Translations under genes and position numbers: made by a program
In this document: positions 9,727 through 18,483 of the stretch, one piece after another
Position numbering within the stretch: position 1 is the stretch's first letter
How the letters are laid out: every line of letters starts with the position of its first letter
Assembly (NCBI GenBank): GCA_963707025.1
Contig: CAVPOM010000006.1
Span: forward strand, 288,001 to 352,000
Origin: an uncultured Verrucomicrobiae bacterium
GTDB taxonomy: Bacteria; Verrucomicrobiota; Verrucomicrobiia; Limisphaerales; Palsa-1400
Reading direction: 5' to 3'
DNA length: 64,000 bases
The notes under the pieces: generated by a model
Told to the model about the DNA's origin: nothing
The model's database searches: none
Seen by the model: only the letters and a program-made list of their open reading frames with translations

Positions 9727-9849
9727 AAGAGCGCGCTCCCTCTTCTCACGCCGGGCCGGGGCCTGTTTGCCCCGGCCCGCGCCGCCCATCTCCCGATGGA
9801 CCGAGCCAGCCGGCGGCGGGTTGCAGCCCGCCGGCGCAGAGCAGGATTT

Positions 9850-11115
9850 ATGGAAAAACATGAGAAAAACAGCGGTTTCATGAAGGCGCTCAAATGCCGG
9901 GAATGCGCCCGCGAATACCCATTGGCCGCCACCCACGTCTGCGAGTACGACTTCGGCCCGCTGGAGGTCGCCTACGACTACGACCGCATCAAACAATCCA
10001 TGACCCGCGCCGCCATCCAGTCGCGCCCCATGACCATGTGGCGGTTCCGCGAACTGTTGCCGGTGGCCGGCGACCCAACCGTCGGGCTGGAGGTGGGCGG
10101 CACCCCGCTCATCAAGGCCGACCGGCTCGCCAAACGCCTTGGCATCAGGGAATTGTGGATCAAAAACGACACCGTCAATTATCCCACCCTGTCCTTCAAG
10201 GACCGCGTAGTCAGCGTGGCCTTGAGCCGGGCGCGCGAACTCGGTTTCACCACCGTCGCCTGCGCCTCGACCGGCAATCTGGCCAACTCCGTCGCCGCCA
10301 ACGCCGCCGCCGCCGGCCTCAAAGCCTACGTCTTTATCCCCTCCGATCTCGAGCACAGCAAAGTGGTCAATTCCTGGATCTACGGCGCCGAGGTCATTGG
10401 CATCAAAGGACATTATGACGAAGTCAACCGCCTGTGCGCCGAGATTGCCGGCAAATATCCCTGGGCCTTCGTCAACGTCAACATGCGCCCCTATTACGCC
10501 GAAGGCTCCAAAAGCCTGGGCCTGGAAATCGTGGAACAATCCGGCTGGCGCGTCCCGCCCCACACCGTCGTCCCGATGGCCTCCGGCTCCTTGCTCACCA
10601 AAGTCCATAAGAGCTACGGCGAAGCCATCAAACTGGGACTCGCGCCCGAAACCGGATACAAGATCCATGGCGCCCAGGCCACCGGCTGTTCCCCCATCTC
10701 CACCGCCCAAAAGGCCGGCCTGGATTTCTTCAAACCCGTCAAACCCAACACCATCGCCAAATCCCTGGCCATCGGCACCCCGGCGGACGGCTTTTACGCC
10801 CTCAGAGTCATGAAAGACACGGGCGGCTGCGCCGAAGACGTCAGCGACGATCAGATTCGCGAGGGCATCAAGCTCCTGGCCGAGTGCGAAGGCATTTTTG
10901 CCGAAACCGCCGGCGGCGTGACCGTGGGCGTGGCCAAGAAACTCATTGCCAGCGGCGCCATTCCGGCTGAGGACAGCGCCGTGCTCTGCGTCACCGGCCA
11001 CGGGCTGAAGACCATAGAGGCCGTGGCCGGCCACGCCAGCTTCACCCGCGAGATCAAGCCCAGCCTGCGCGAATTTGAAGCCCTGCTGGCGCAGGGGGAA
11101 AAGGTCGGTGCGTGA
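9850..11115 (+). CDS. thrC: Threonine synthase-like PLP enzyme with N-terminal Cys (Zn-ribbon) motif
   Basis: GGTPL, PTLSFKDR, CASTGNLA, AEGSK, AETAGG; AGGA RBS before ATG 9850. Confidence 0.9.
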   Translation: MEKHEKNSGFMKALKCRECAREYPLAATHVCEYDFGPLEVAYDYDRIKQSMTRAAIQSRPMTMWRFRELLPVAGDPTVGLEVGGTPLIKADRLAKRLGIRELWIKNDTVNYPTLSFKDRVVSVALSRARELGFTTVACASTGNLANSVAANAAAAGLKAYVFIPSDLEHSKVVNSWIYGAEVIGIKGHYDEVNRLCAEIAGKYPWAFVNVNMRPYYAEGSKSLGLEIVEQSGWRVPPHTVVPMASGSLLTKVHKSYGEAIKLGLAPETGYKIHGAQATGCSPISTAQKAGLDFFKPVKPNTIAKSLAIGTPADGFYALRVMKDTGGCAEDVSDDQIREGIKLLAECEGIFAETAGGVTVGVAKKLIASGAIPAEDSAVLCVTGHGLKTIEAVAGHASFTREIKPSLREFEALLAQGEKVGA

Positions 11116-11138
11116 ACTCCAGCGCCAACTGAAGCATT

Positions 11139-11396
11139 GTGGCAAACCATCGCTATCGCATCCGATACGCGGCATCCGCGCTGGACGATTTGCGTTCGCT
11201 CCCAAAACGGGAGGCGGATCAAATCCTCCGCAAAATTTTGCGGCTTGAACACGGCTTGCAGGGCAACATCAAGCGCCTGCAAAACGCCGACTTTGGTTTT
11301 CGGTTGCGAATGGGTGATTATCGGGTTTTATTTGATGTGATGGGCGATACAATCATGGTTCAAAAAATTGGCAACCGGAAAGATGTTTATGATTAG
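11139..11396 (+). CDS. RelE/ParE family toxin
   Basis: 'ALDDLRSL', 'IKRLQ', 'RLRMGDYRVLF', 'IGNRKDVY'. Confidence 0.88.
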   Translation: MANHRYRIRYAASALDDLRSLPKREADQILRKILRLEHGLQGNIKRLQNADFGFRLRMGDYRVLFDVMGDTIMVQKIGNRKDVYD

Positions 11397-11580
11397 CAGC
11401 ACTGCGGAAAAACCGACCGCGAAAAGACAACGGAAGAATGTCATTGCCCAAATTTCCTCGTTGCGCGAGCAGGTGGCAGATTTGAACGATTACCTCGACC
11501 TGTTGGAAGCCCGCGCCCGCAACAAAGGCAAACGCACGTTCACGACGGAGGAGGTCCGCAAACAGCTTGGCCTCGCCTGA
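11389..11580 (+). CDS. Putative antitoxin downstream of RelE
   Basis: Overlaps the toxin stop; 'DLNDYLDLLEARA...TTEEVRKQLGL'. Confidence 0.7.
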   Translation: MISSTAEKPTAKRQRKNVIAQISSLREQVADLNDYLDLLEARARNKGKRTFTTEEVRKQLGLA

Positions 11581-11589
11581 AGGACAAGA

Positions 11590-12054
11590 ATGATGTTTTC
11601 GTTCGGCCAATCAGAGGAGGAGCGCATTGAGGTGGATGTGCTTCGCTATGAACGTGCGCTGACCGGCGAGTATTGGGATGACAACTGGCTGACGGTGGAG
11701 ATCCGTGTTCGCGCAGGTGGCTTTCGAGGCAAGGCCGCAGCCACGATCCTCACGAGCGAGCTGGAGAAATTTTTGTCGGAGCTCCGACCGCTTTGTGAGA
11801 AGTTAACCGGTCAGGCAAAGTATGAGACGATGGAAGGACAGTTGAACTTGCTTTTAGCTGGCGACGGAAAAGGACACATTGATCTTTGCGGCGAAGTCGC
11901 TGACCAAGCCGGAATTGGCAATCGTCTTCACTTTACTTTGCAATTTGACCAGTCACAGTTGGGGATGTCTATTCGTGAACTTGAAAGAGTTGTGTCACAG
12001 TTTCCAGTGCGCAGTTCCAATACGCCGACAAAATCTGCTGCAGCAAAAAATTGA
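11590..12054 (+). CDS. WapI-like immunity protein
   Basis: 'YWDDNWL', 'GFRG', 'DGKGHI', 'FDQSQL' pattern. Confidence 0.65.
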   Translation: MMFSFGQSEEERIEVDVLRYERALTGEYWDDNWLTVEIRVRAGGFRGKAAATILTSELEKFLSELRPLCEKLTGQAKYETMEGQLNLLLAGDGKGHIDLCGEVADQAGIGNRLHFTLQFDQSQLGMSIRELERVVSQFPVRSSNTPTKSAAAKN

Positions 12055-12064
12055 AATCAAATTT

Positions 12065-12340
12065 ATGCCAAAAAAAGTCCGAATTCCAACCCCGCTCCGC
12101 AAGTTGACCAACAACGAGGAGCTCATCGAGGTCCACGCCGCCACCATCGGCGGGGCCATTGCCGAATTGCAGACCCGCTTCCCCGGCATCAAGGAACGTC
12201 TGGTGGACGAGGCCGGCGGCATCCGCCGCTTCGTCAACGTCTATGTCAACGAGGAAGACATTCGCTTCCTGCAAAACCAGGAAACCGCCCTCAAAGAGGG
12301 CGATGAAGTGAGCATCATTCCCGCCATCGCGGGAGGGTGA
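12065..12340 (+). CDS. MoaD/ThiS ubiquitin-like sulfur carrier
   Basis: VRIPTPLR, FVNVYVNEEDIR, C-terminal PAIAGG. Confidence 0.93.
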   Translation: MPKKVRIPTPLRKLTNNEELIEVHAATIGGAIAELQTRFPGIKERLVDEAGGIRRFVNVYVNEEDIRFLQNQETALKEGDEVSIIPAIAGG

Positions 12341-12368
12341 ACCATTCAACCAGGCAAGGAAGCCGCCT

Positions 12369-12662
12369 ATGCCAGCCAAAAAATCCAAAGCCCAGCCCAG
12401 AACCGGAGCCGCCACCCCGCCGGCGCAATTCCGCCTCTGGCTCATGTACCCGCCCCGATTAATCACCACGCCGGTGATCTGGGAGTTGGCCCGCAAATTC
12501 CCCGTCGTCACCAACGTCCGCCAGGCCAGTGTCACCGATGAGATCGGCATCGTCTGCCTGGAATTGAGCGGCCCGCGCCCGGAAGTCAAAGCCGCCATTA
12601 AATGGCTCGAAGGACTGGGCATCAAAGTGGAACCGGTCGAAATTGGGGTGATCGAGAGCTAA
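12369..12662 (+). CDS. NIL domain protein
   Basis: 'PVIWELARKFPVVTNVRQASV...GIVCLELSG...AIKWLEGLGIKVEP'. Confidence 0.85.
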   Translation: MPAKKSKAQPRTGAATPPAQFRLWLMYPPRLITTPVIWELARKFPVVTNVRQASVTDEIGIVCLELSGPRPEVKAAIKWLEGLGIKVEPVEIGVIES

Positions 12663-12768
12663 GGGTTTCCACTACAAGAAAATACAGATATTCGCGTTCC
12701 CCGCTTGACCAAAGGCCACACCCACCTTTATATAGCCTATTGCTGCGGCGCACAGTCAGTGAAATGCT

Positions 12769-13065
12769 ATGACAAAGCGTGATCTCGTAATCCAAATCAG
12801 CGAAGAAACCGGCCAGGTCCAGCAAAAAGTCCTGGTGGTGGTGCAGCGGACTCTGGACCTCATTTCCGCCGCCCTCGCGGCCCGAAAAACCGTCGAGTTG
12901 CGCAACTTTGGGGTCTTTGAAGTCAAGGTTCGCAAAGCGCGCATCGGCCGCAATCCCAACCGCCCGGAAAAGGACGTGCCGATTCCCCAGCGCGCCGTCG
13001 TCAAGTTTAAGCCCGGCAAGGAAATGCGGGAAGCTGTTTTGCGGGCGCCGCCTCCGCAGGCCTAA
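12769..13065 (+). CDS. HU/IHF family DNA-binding protein
   Basis: MTKRDLV, VELRNFGVFEV, GRNP, VKFKPGK. Confidence 0.93.
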   Translation: MTKRDLVIQISEETGQVQQKVLVVVQRTLDLISAALAARKTVELRNFGVFEVKVRKARIGRNPNRPEKDVPIPQRAVVKFKPGKEMREAVLRAPPPQA

Positions 13066-13235
13066 GCGCCAACCGTCCGCCCCGTTTTTTCGCCCGGCGA
13101 ACCTCCGGTTTCGCTGCCGCCACCCGCCGCTCCGTGAGGCAAGAATGTGTCAAGAATTTACCAACTTCACCATTCACCCGTTCCGCCAGGCCAGCCAAAG
13201 GCCGCGCCCATGACCCGCCGCCAATGAATTGTTCT

Positions 13236-13715
13236 TTACGCGACGCGCAACTCGGCCGCCGCCGGGATGGCGCTCTCGCGGCCAGGATAATCGGCTGCGG
13301 CCGCGCGCATTTTATTGGCCTGGTTATAGGCTTCCATCTCTAAATCCGTCTGGCGGATCAAGCGCGATAACACGGCCTCAGCCAACTCGTCCGGCGTAAA
13401 AGGCTTTTGCAGATAATCGTCGGCCCCGCTCGTCATGCCGCGGCGGAAATCATTATGGCTCCCGCAACCGGTCATCAGAATAAAAGGAATCGTCGCGGTG
13501 AATGGCAACTCGCGAATGGCGCTTAACAAGTGAAGCCCATCCATCCCCGGCATGCGCACGTCGCTGATGATCAGGTCCGGCTTCTCGGCCAGGACCATTT
13601 GAATGGCCGACTCCCCGCTGGTGGCCTCGCGCACCGCAAATCCAAAATTGCCCAACACGGTCTTGACGATGGTTCTCACCTCTTGGTTGTCATCAATCAC
13701 AAGTATGCTTTTCAT
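13236..13715 (-). CDS. Response regulator receiver protein
   Basis: ILVIDD, DLIISDVRMPGMDG, GADDYLQKPF. Confidence 0.9.
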   Translation of the reverse strand: MKSILVIDDNQEVRTIVKTVLGNFGFAVREATSGESAIQMVLAEKPDLIISDVRMPGMDGLHLLSAIRELPFTATIPFILMTGCGSHNDFRRGMTSGADDYLQKPFTPDELAEAVLSRLIRQTDLEMEAYNQANKMRAAAADYPGRESAIPAAAELRVA

Positions 13716-13898
13716 AGCAGGTCTTCATATCAGAATCCGTGCCAACCGCTCTCAACGGAACAAAAGCCGGGAAACTGTCACTTTTTAAGGCGTAAATGGC
13801 CGTTTATGGCTTGCCTTGAAGCAGCCTTTCGCCTGCCTGCCCTGCCACTGGGTAAAATTTGCCCCCCGGCTCATACCGTTTCTAGTTTGCTTTTCCAC

Positions 13899-13923
13899 TG
13901 TAGCGGCGGTCTGCGACCGCCGC
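13899..13923 (+). repeat. REP-like palindrome family A
   Basis: tgtagcggcggtctgcgaccgccgc. Confidence 0.85.
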
Positions 13924-14135
13924 CAATCGCCTTGGCAAAAGTGCAGTTACGAACTGGAAACGGTATTAGTTGGCACACAGCACCTCTTGCGCCGCTTGGA
14001 ATCTGTGGCGGACAAGCCCATGGTGGAATGGCGGTGGAGCTGGGGAGAAGCCTGGGGATGGAAAAGCTTTACTTCTGTTCGGAGCGCGGTTATCCATTTC
14101 GTTGGCCTCAATGAGCGGGTTGGCCGGTTTGTTTT

Positions 14136-14594
14136 ATGAAGAAGGTGGTGAAATGGATTTTGGCCGGCGGTTTGGTGACCGCAGTGGTCTTGCAGTTCTT
14201 TAATCCGGCGCTGACCAATCCGCCCGTCGCGCCAGGAAAAGATGTGATGGCCAGCAACGCGCCGCCGGCCGGGATCGCGGCGCTGCTGCACCAGGCCTGT
14301 TATGATTGTCATTCTTGCGCAACGAAATGGCCCTGGTACAGCCATGTGGCGCCCCTTTCCTGGTTTGTCACCAGCCACGTCAACGAAGGCCGCGAGGCCA
14401 TGAATTTCTCGGAGTGGCCGCATGATGACGCCTATAAGGCCGCCAAGCGATGGACCAAGATCAGCCGCCGGGTGGACGACGGCTCGATGCCGCTGACCAG
14501 TTATACCTGGATTCATCCGCCTGCCCGCCTGACGGCGGAGCAGAGAAAGCAATTGAGCGATTGGTCCGCGAAAATGGCGGATAAGCTCAAATAA
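14136..14594 (+). CDS. Heme-binding (cytochrome c-type) domain protein
   Basis: ACYDCHS CxxCH, WPWYSHVAP, MNFSEW, MPLTSY. Confidence 0.9.
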   Translation: MKKVVKWILAGGLVTAVVLQFFNPALTNPPVAPGKDVMASNAPPAGIAALLHQACYDCHSCATKWPWYSHVAPLSWFVTSHVNEGREAMNFSEWPHDDAYKAAKRWTKISRRVDDGSMPLTSYTWIHPPARLTAEQRKQLSDWSAKMADKLK

Positions 14595-14801
14595 TGGCGG
14601 CTTTCCGCCTTGCCCAACCCGGATTTTTCCCGCCGCATGGGCCGCGCCGGCACCCCCAGGCGTTGGGCCAGACCCAGGTTAGGCAATCTGATGGTGTGGA
14701 GACACAACGCTAATACTCCGGGCCCGCGCCACAAATGATTTGAAAAGGGAACCGGTTTGGTTACCATCCCCGCCTGATTTTTGGTTGTCCAGGATTGACA
14801 G

Positions 14802-15914
14802 ATGCGATTTGCTGTTTTTGACGAAACGAAGGATGGCGAAACCCGGGTCGCGCTGGTTCCCGATGCGGTCAAAATGTTGCTCAAAAAGCAGCATGCCGTC
14901 TCGGTGCAATGCGGCGCGGGACGGGCCGCGTCCATCCCCGATGCGCAGTTTGCCGCCGCCGGGGCGCAAATGGCGGCCGACCCCGCCGGGCTGGCGCGCG
15001 CCGCGGACTGCCTGTTGCGGGTGCGGGCGGTGACGGAGGAGGAGGCGGCGGGGTTTCCCGAAGGCAAGGGGCTGATCGGTTTTTTGGCGCCGTTGCGCAA
15101 TGCCGAACTGGTCAAGGTGCTGGCGCGGCGGCGGATCACCAGCTTCAGCCTGGATGCCATTCCGCGCATCTCGCGGGCGCAAAGCATGGACACCCTTTCC
15201 AGCATGGCGACCATCGCCGGTTACAAGGCGGTGCTGCTGGCGGCGGACGCGCTCCCCAAGTTTTTGCCCATGCTGACGACGGCGGCGGGGACGATTCGTC
15301 CGTCGCAGGGGTTGATTTTGGGGGCGGGGGTGGCGGGCCTGCAAGCCATTGCCACGGCGCGGCGCATGGGGGCGGTGGTGGAGGCCTTTGACGTGCGGGC
15401 GGCGGTGAAGGAGCAGATCAAGAGCCTGGGGGCGGCCTTTGTGGAAATTCCCAACCCGGAAAATCTGGAAGACAAGGGCGGGTACGCCAGGGAGGTTTCG
15501 GCGGAAACGCTGGCCAAACAGCGGCAATTGCTGCATGAGCGGGCCAAGCTGGCCGATTTCATCATCAGCACCGCCCAGGTGCCGGGCAAACCCGCCCCGC
15601 GCCTCATCACCAAGGAAATGGTGGCGGACATGAAACCGGGTTCGGTCATCGTGGATCTGGCGGCGGAGAGCGGCGGCAATTGCGAGCTGACCCAGGCGGG
15701 GCAAACCATTTGCGCCCACGGCGTGACCATTATCGGCCCCATCAACCTGGCCGCCCGCATGCCCCTGGATGCCAGCCGCATGTTCGCGCGCAACCTGGCC
15801 AATTTTATTTTGGAAATCACCATCGAACAAGGATTTACCATGGACTGGAAGAATGAAATCTTCGCCGGGACCTGCGTTACGCATGGCGGCGAACCAACCC
15901 GCAAGGCCCCATGA
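14802..15914 (+). CDS. pntAA: NAD(P) transhydrogenase alpha subunit part 1
   Basis: ETRVALVP, PRISRAQSMD, GAGVAGLQA, VDLAAESGGNCE. Confidence 0.95.
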   Translation: MRFAVFDETKDGETRVALVPDAVKMLLKKQHAVSVQCGAGRAASIPDAQFAAAGAQMAADPAGLARAADCLLRVRAVTEEEAAGFPEGKGLIGFLAPLRNAELVKVLARRRITSFSLDAIPRISRAQSMDTLSSMATIAGYKAVLLAADALPKFLPMLTTAAGTIRPSQGLILGAGVAGLQAIATARRMGAVVEAFDVRAAVKEQIKSLGAAFVEIPNPENLEDKGGYAREVSAETLAKQRQLLHERAKLADFIISTAQVPGKPAPRLITKEMVADMKPGSVIVDLAAESGGNCELTQAGQTICAHGVTIIGPINLAARMPLDASRMFARNLANFILEITIEQGFTMDWKNEIFAGTCVTHGGEPTRKAP

Positions 15915-16216
15915 GCGCGCTGGCCATGATTTATATTTTCATCCTCGCCATCTTCACGGGCGTGGAAGTGATCTCGCGGGTGCCGACCGTGCTGCATACG
16001 CCGCTGATGTCCGGGGCCAACGCGATTCACGGGATTGTGCTGATTGGAGGCGTGATTGTTTTGGGCAATGCGGGGGACGACAAGGTGTTGTTCACGCTTG
16101 GTTTCATCGCCGTGGTTTTTGGGACGCTCAACGTGGTGGGCGGGTTTGTGGTGACCGACCGGATGCTGGAGATGTTCAAAGCCAAGGCCCCGGCCAAAGA
16201 CAAAGACGCCAAATGA
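15911..16216 (+). CDS. pntAB: NAD(P) transhydrogenase alpha subunit part 2
   Basis: LHTPLMSGANAIHG, NVVGGFVVTDRMLEMF. Confidence 0.95.
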   Translation: MSALAMIYIFILAIFTGVEVISRVPTVLHTPLMSGANAIHGIVLIGGVIVLGNAGDDKVLFTLGFIAVVFGTLNVVGGFVVTDRMLEMFKAKAPAKDKDAK

Positions 16217-17619
16217 CCAGCGCCCACATCTCCGAAGCCGCCTATCTCCTCGCTTCGCTGCTCTTCATTTTTGGATTGAAGCGGCTCAGTTCGCCGCGCA
16301 CGGCCCGCTCCGGCAACCTGGTGGCGGCGATGGGCATGGCGCTGGCGCTGGGCGGGACTTTCATTCGGCCGGGCATGGGCCATTTCGGCTGGATTATTTT
16401 GGCCATTGCCATTGGCACCGTGCCGGGCTGGCTGCTGGCCAAGCGTGTCAAGATGACGGCGATGCCGCAAATGGTTTCGCTGTTCAACGGGATGGGCGGG
16501 GCGTGCGCCATGTTTATTTCGCTCGGCGAGGAAATAAAGTGGGAGGGCGCTCCCGCGGGCAAGGCTTCGGCGTTCGCGGTTCTGGCCTATTCGTTTCCAA
16601 TGTTGCTGGGGATGACTTTGGGAGCGATCAGTTTCACCGGCAGCCTGATTGCCTTTGGAAAATTGCAGGGATTGGTCACCGAAAAACCGGTGCGCTGGCC
16701 GGCGCAGAAATTGATCAATGTGGTGTTGGTCGCGAGCATTCTGCTGGCGGCGTTCGCGTCCTGGTCCCCTGAAAACAGAACGGTTTCGATAATCATATTG
16801 GCGGTGTTGGCGTTGTCGCTGGGAGTCTTGCAGGTGTTGCCCATCGGCGGGGCGGACATGCCCGTGGTCATTTCTGTCTTGAATTCCTGCACCGGCTTGG
16901 CGGCGGCGGTGACCGGGTTTGCCATGCACAACATGTCCATGATCATCGCCGGCACGCTGGTCGGGGCGGCGGGATCGCTCCTGACGGTCTTGATGTGCAA
17001 GGCGATGAATCGCTCCCTGGCCAAAGTCATCTTCGGCTCCTTCGGCGGGGCGGCCCAGGGCCAGGCGGCGGCGGGATCATCGGACAAAACCCTGCGCGAA
17101 ATCGCCGCGGCCGAATGCGCCATCATGATGGGCTACGCGCGCAAGGTGATCATCATTCCCGGTTACGGGCTGGCGGTGGCCCAGGCCCAGCACCTGGTGC
17201 ATGAACTGGATGATTTGCTGGAAAAGCGCGGGGTGGAAGTCAAATACGCCATTCATCCGGTGGCGGGCCGCATGCCGGGCCACATGAACGTGCTCCTGGC
17301 CGAGGCGGACGTGCCTTATCCGAAGTTGCTGGACATGGAGGAAATCAACCCGGAATTCGACCAGGCCGACGTGGCGCTGATCATCGGGGCCAACGACGTG
17401 GTCAACCCGGCGGCGCGGACCGACGCGGCCAGCCCGATTTACGGCATGCCCATACTGAACGCGGACAAGGCGAAAAATATAATTGTCATCAAGCGCGGAC
17501 GGGGGACGGGCTTCGCGGGGATTGAGAACGATTTGTTTTACAACCCGAAGACCAGGATGCTGTTTGGAGACGCGAAGAAGGCGCTGCAGGAGCTGACCAC
17601 CGAAATCAAGGCGCTGTGA
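16213..17619 (+). CDS. pntB: NAD(P) transhydrogenase beta subunit
   Basis: MTAMPQMV, IGGADMPVVIS, HPVAGRMPGHMNVLLAEA, GANDVVNP. Confidence 0.95.
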   Translation: MTSAHISEAAYLLASLLFIFGLKRLSSPRTARSGNLVAAMGMALALGGTFIRPGMGHFGWIILAIAIGTVPGWLLAKRVKMTAMPQMVSLFNGMGGACAMFISLGEEIKWEGAPAGKASAFAVLAYSFPMLLGMTLGAISFTGSLIAFGKLQGLVTEKPVRWPAQKLINVVLVASILLAAFASWSPENRTVSIIILAVLALSLGVLQVLPIGGADMPVVISVLNSCTGLAAAVTGFAMHNMSMIIAGTLVGAAGSLLTVLMCKAMNRSLAKVIFGSFGGAAQGQAAAGSSDKTLREIAAAECAIMMGYARKVIIIPGYGLAVAQAQHLVHELDDLLEKRGVEVKYAIHPVAGRMPGHMNVLLAEADVPYPKLLDMEEINPEFDQADVALIIGANDVVNPAARTDAASPIYGMPILNADKAKNIIVIKRGRGTGFAGIENDLFYNPKTRMLFGDAKKALQELTTEIKAL

Positions 17620-17638
17620 CGCGCGGCACGCAAAGCAA

Positions 17639-17719
17639 TGGACTTGGTGGACGGGGTGAACGGAGTGGACGAGTTGGACGAGTTGGACGAAGCGGACTGA
17701 GCGGACTTGGTGGACGGGA
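17639..17719 (+). repeat. 9-bp array (YGGACnnnn)x9 upstream of the four-helix-bundle gene
   Basis: tggacttgg tggacgggg tgaacggag tggacgagt tggacgagt tggacgaag cggactgag cggacttgg tggacggga. Confidence 0.93.
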
Positions 17720-17739
17720 TGCAGCGCGGAGAATAAAAT

Positions 17740-18483
17740 ATGCCTGAGCCGGAGAAATTAATCCCTGTGCATGGGGGCTATCGGCGCTTGAAGAGCTTTC
17801 AGGTGGCGCAACTGGTCTATGATGTGACGGCGCGTTTCTGCGACCGCTATATCGAAAAACGCAGCCGCACGCACGATCAGATGGTCCAGGCCGCGCGGTC
17901 GGGCGTGCAAAATATCGCGGAGGGGAGCCAGGCGTCCGGCACGTCGAAGAAGACTGAACTCAAGTTGACTAACGTGGCGCGGGCCAGCCTGGAGGAGCTT
18001 CGGCTGGATTATGAGGATTTTTTGCGGCAAAGGAAGTTGACCCAGTGGGGGCGCAATGATCCACGAAGGGAGGAACTTATCGCGCGGCGGCCCGCGACCG
18101 CGGACGATGTGGCCCGGTGGGCGCGGGATGTGCGCGGGTGGGGCTGGGGTGGACAGAGTGGACAAAGTGGACAGACTGGACAGAAGAAAGGCGCGCCGGA
18201 GTCCACAAAGTCCACACAGTCCACGCAGTCCACACAATCCACAAAGTCCACAAAGTCCACACAGTCCACGCAGTCCGGGTTGTCCACACAGTCCACCTTG
18301 TCCACGCAGTCCACTTACGCCGAGATTGCGGCCAACGGGGCGCTGACGCTCATCGCCGTGGCGTGCGCCTTGCTGGACCGGCAGCTCAGCAGTTTGGGCA
18401 AAGCGTTTGTGGCTGAGGGCGGTTTCACCGAGCGCCTCTACCGGGTGCGCAGCGGGCGGAGGGTCTTCAAGCCCCAAAGTTAG
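17740..18483 (+). CDS. Four-helix-bundle protein with suffix domain (23S rRNA IVS protein/Avd-like fold), containing translated nonamer arrays
   Basis: HGGYRRLKSFQ, RTHDQMVQAARSGVQNIAEGS, ARASLEELRLDYEDFL, EGGFTERLYRVR. Confidence 0.9.
   Translation: MPEPEKLIPVHGGYRRLKSFQVAQLVYDVTARFCDRYIEKRSRTHDQMVQAARSGVQNIAEGSQASGTSKKTELKLTNVARASLEELRLDYEDFLRQRKLTQWGRNDPRREELIARRPATADDVARWARDVRGWGWGGQSGQSGQTGQKKGAPESTKSTQSTQSTQSTKSTKSTQSTQSGLSTQSTLSTQSTYAEIAANGALTLIAVACALLDRQLSSLGKAFVAEGGFTERLYRVRSGRRVFKPQS
18150..18317. repeat. Intragenic inverted 9-bp arrays: (TGGACAnnn)x4 at 18150-18185 and (GTCCACnnn)x13 at 18201-18317
   Basis: Read directly; translated as GQS/GQT and STK/STQ tripeptides. Confidence 0.95.

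Noticed and set aside
9622..9849. N-terminal extension of thrC
   Set aside because: It runs through the riboswitch; the RBS-supported start is 9850
17639..18317. Nonamer arrays as a CRISPR or guide-RNA array
   Set aside because: Variable parts are only 3-4 nt, there is no 25-45-bp repeat/spacer structure and no cas gene
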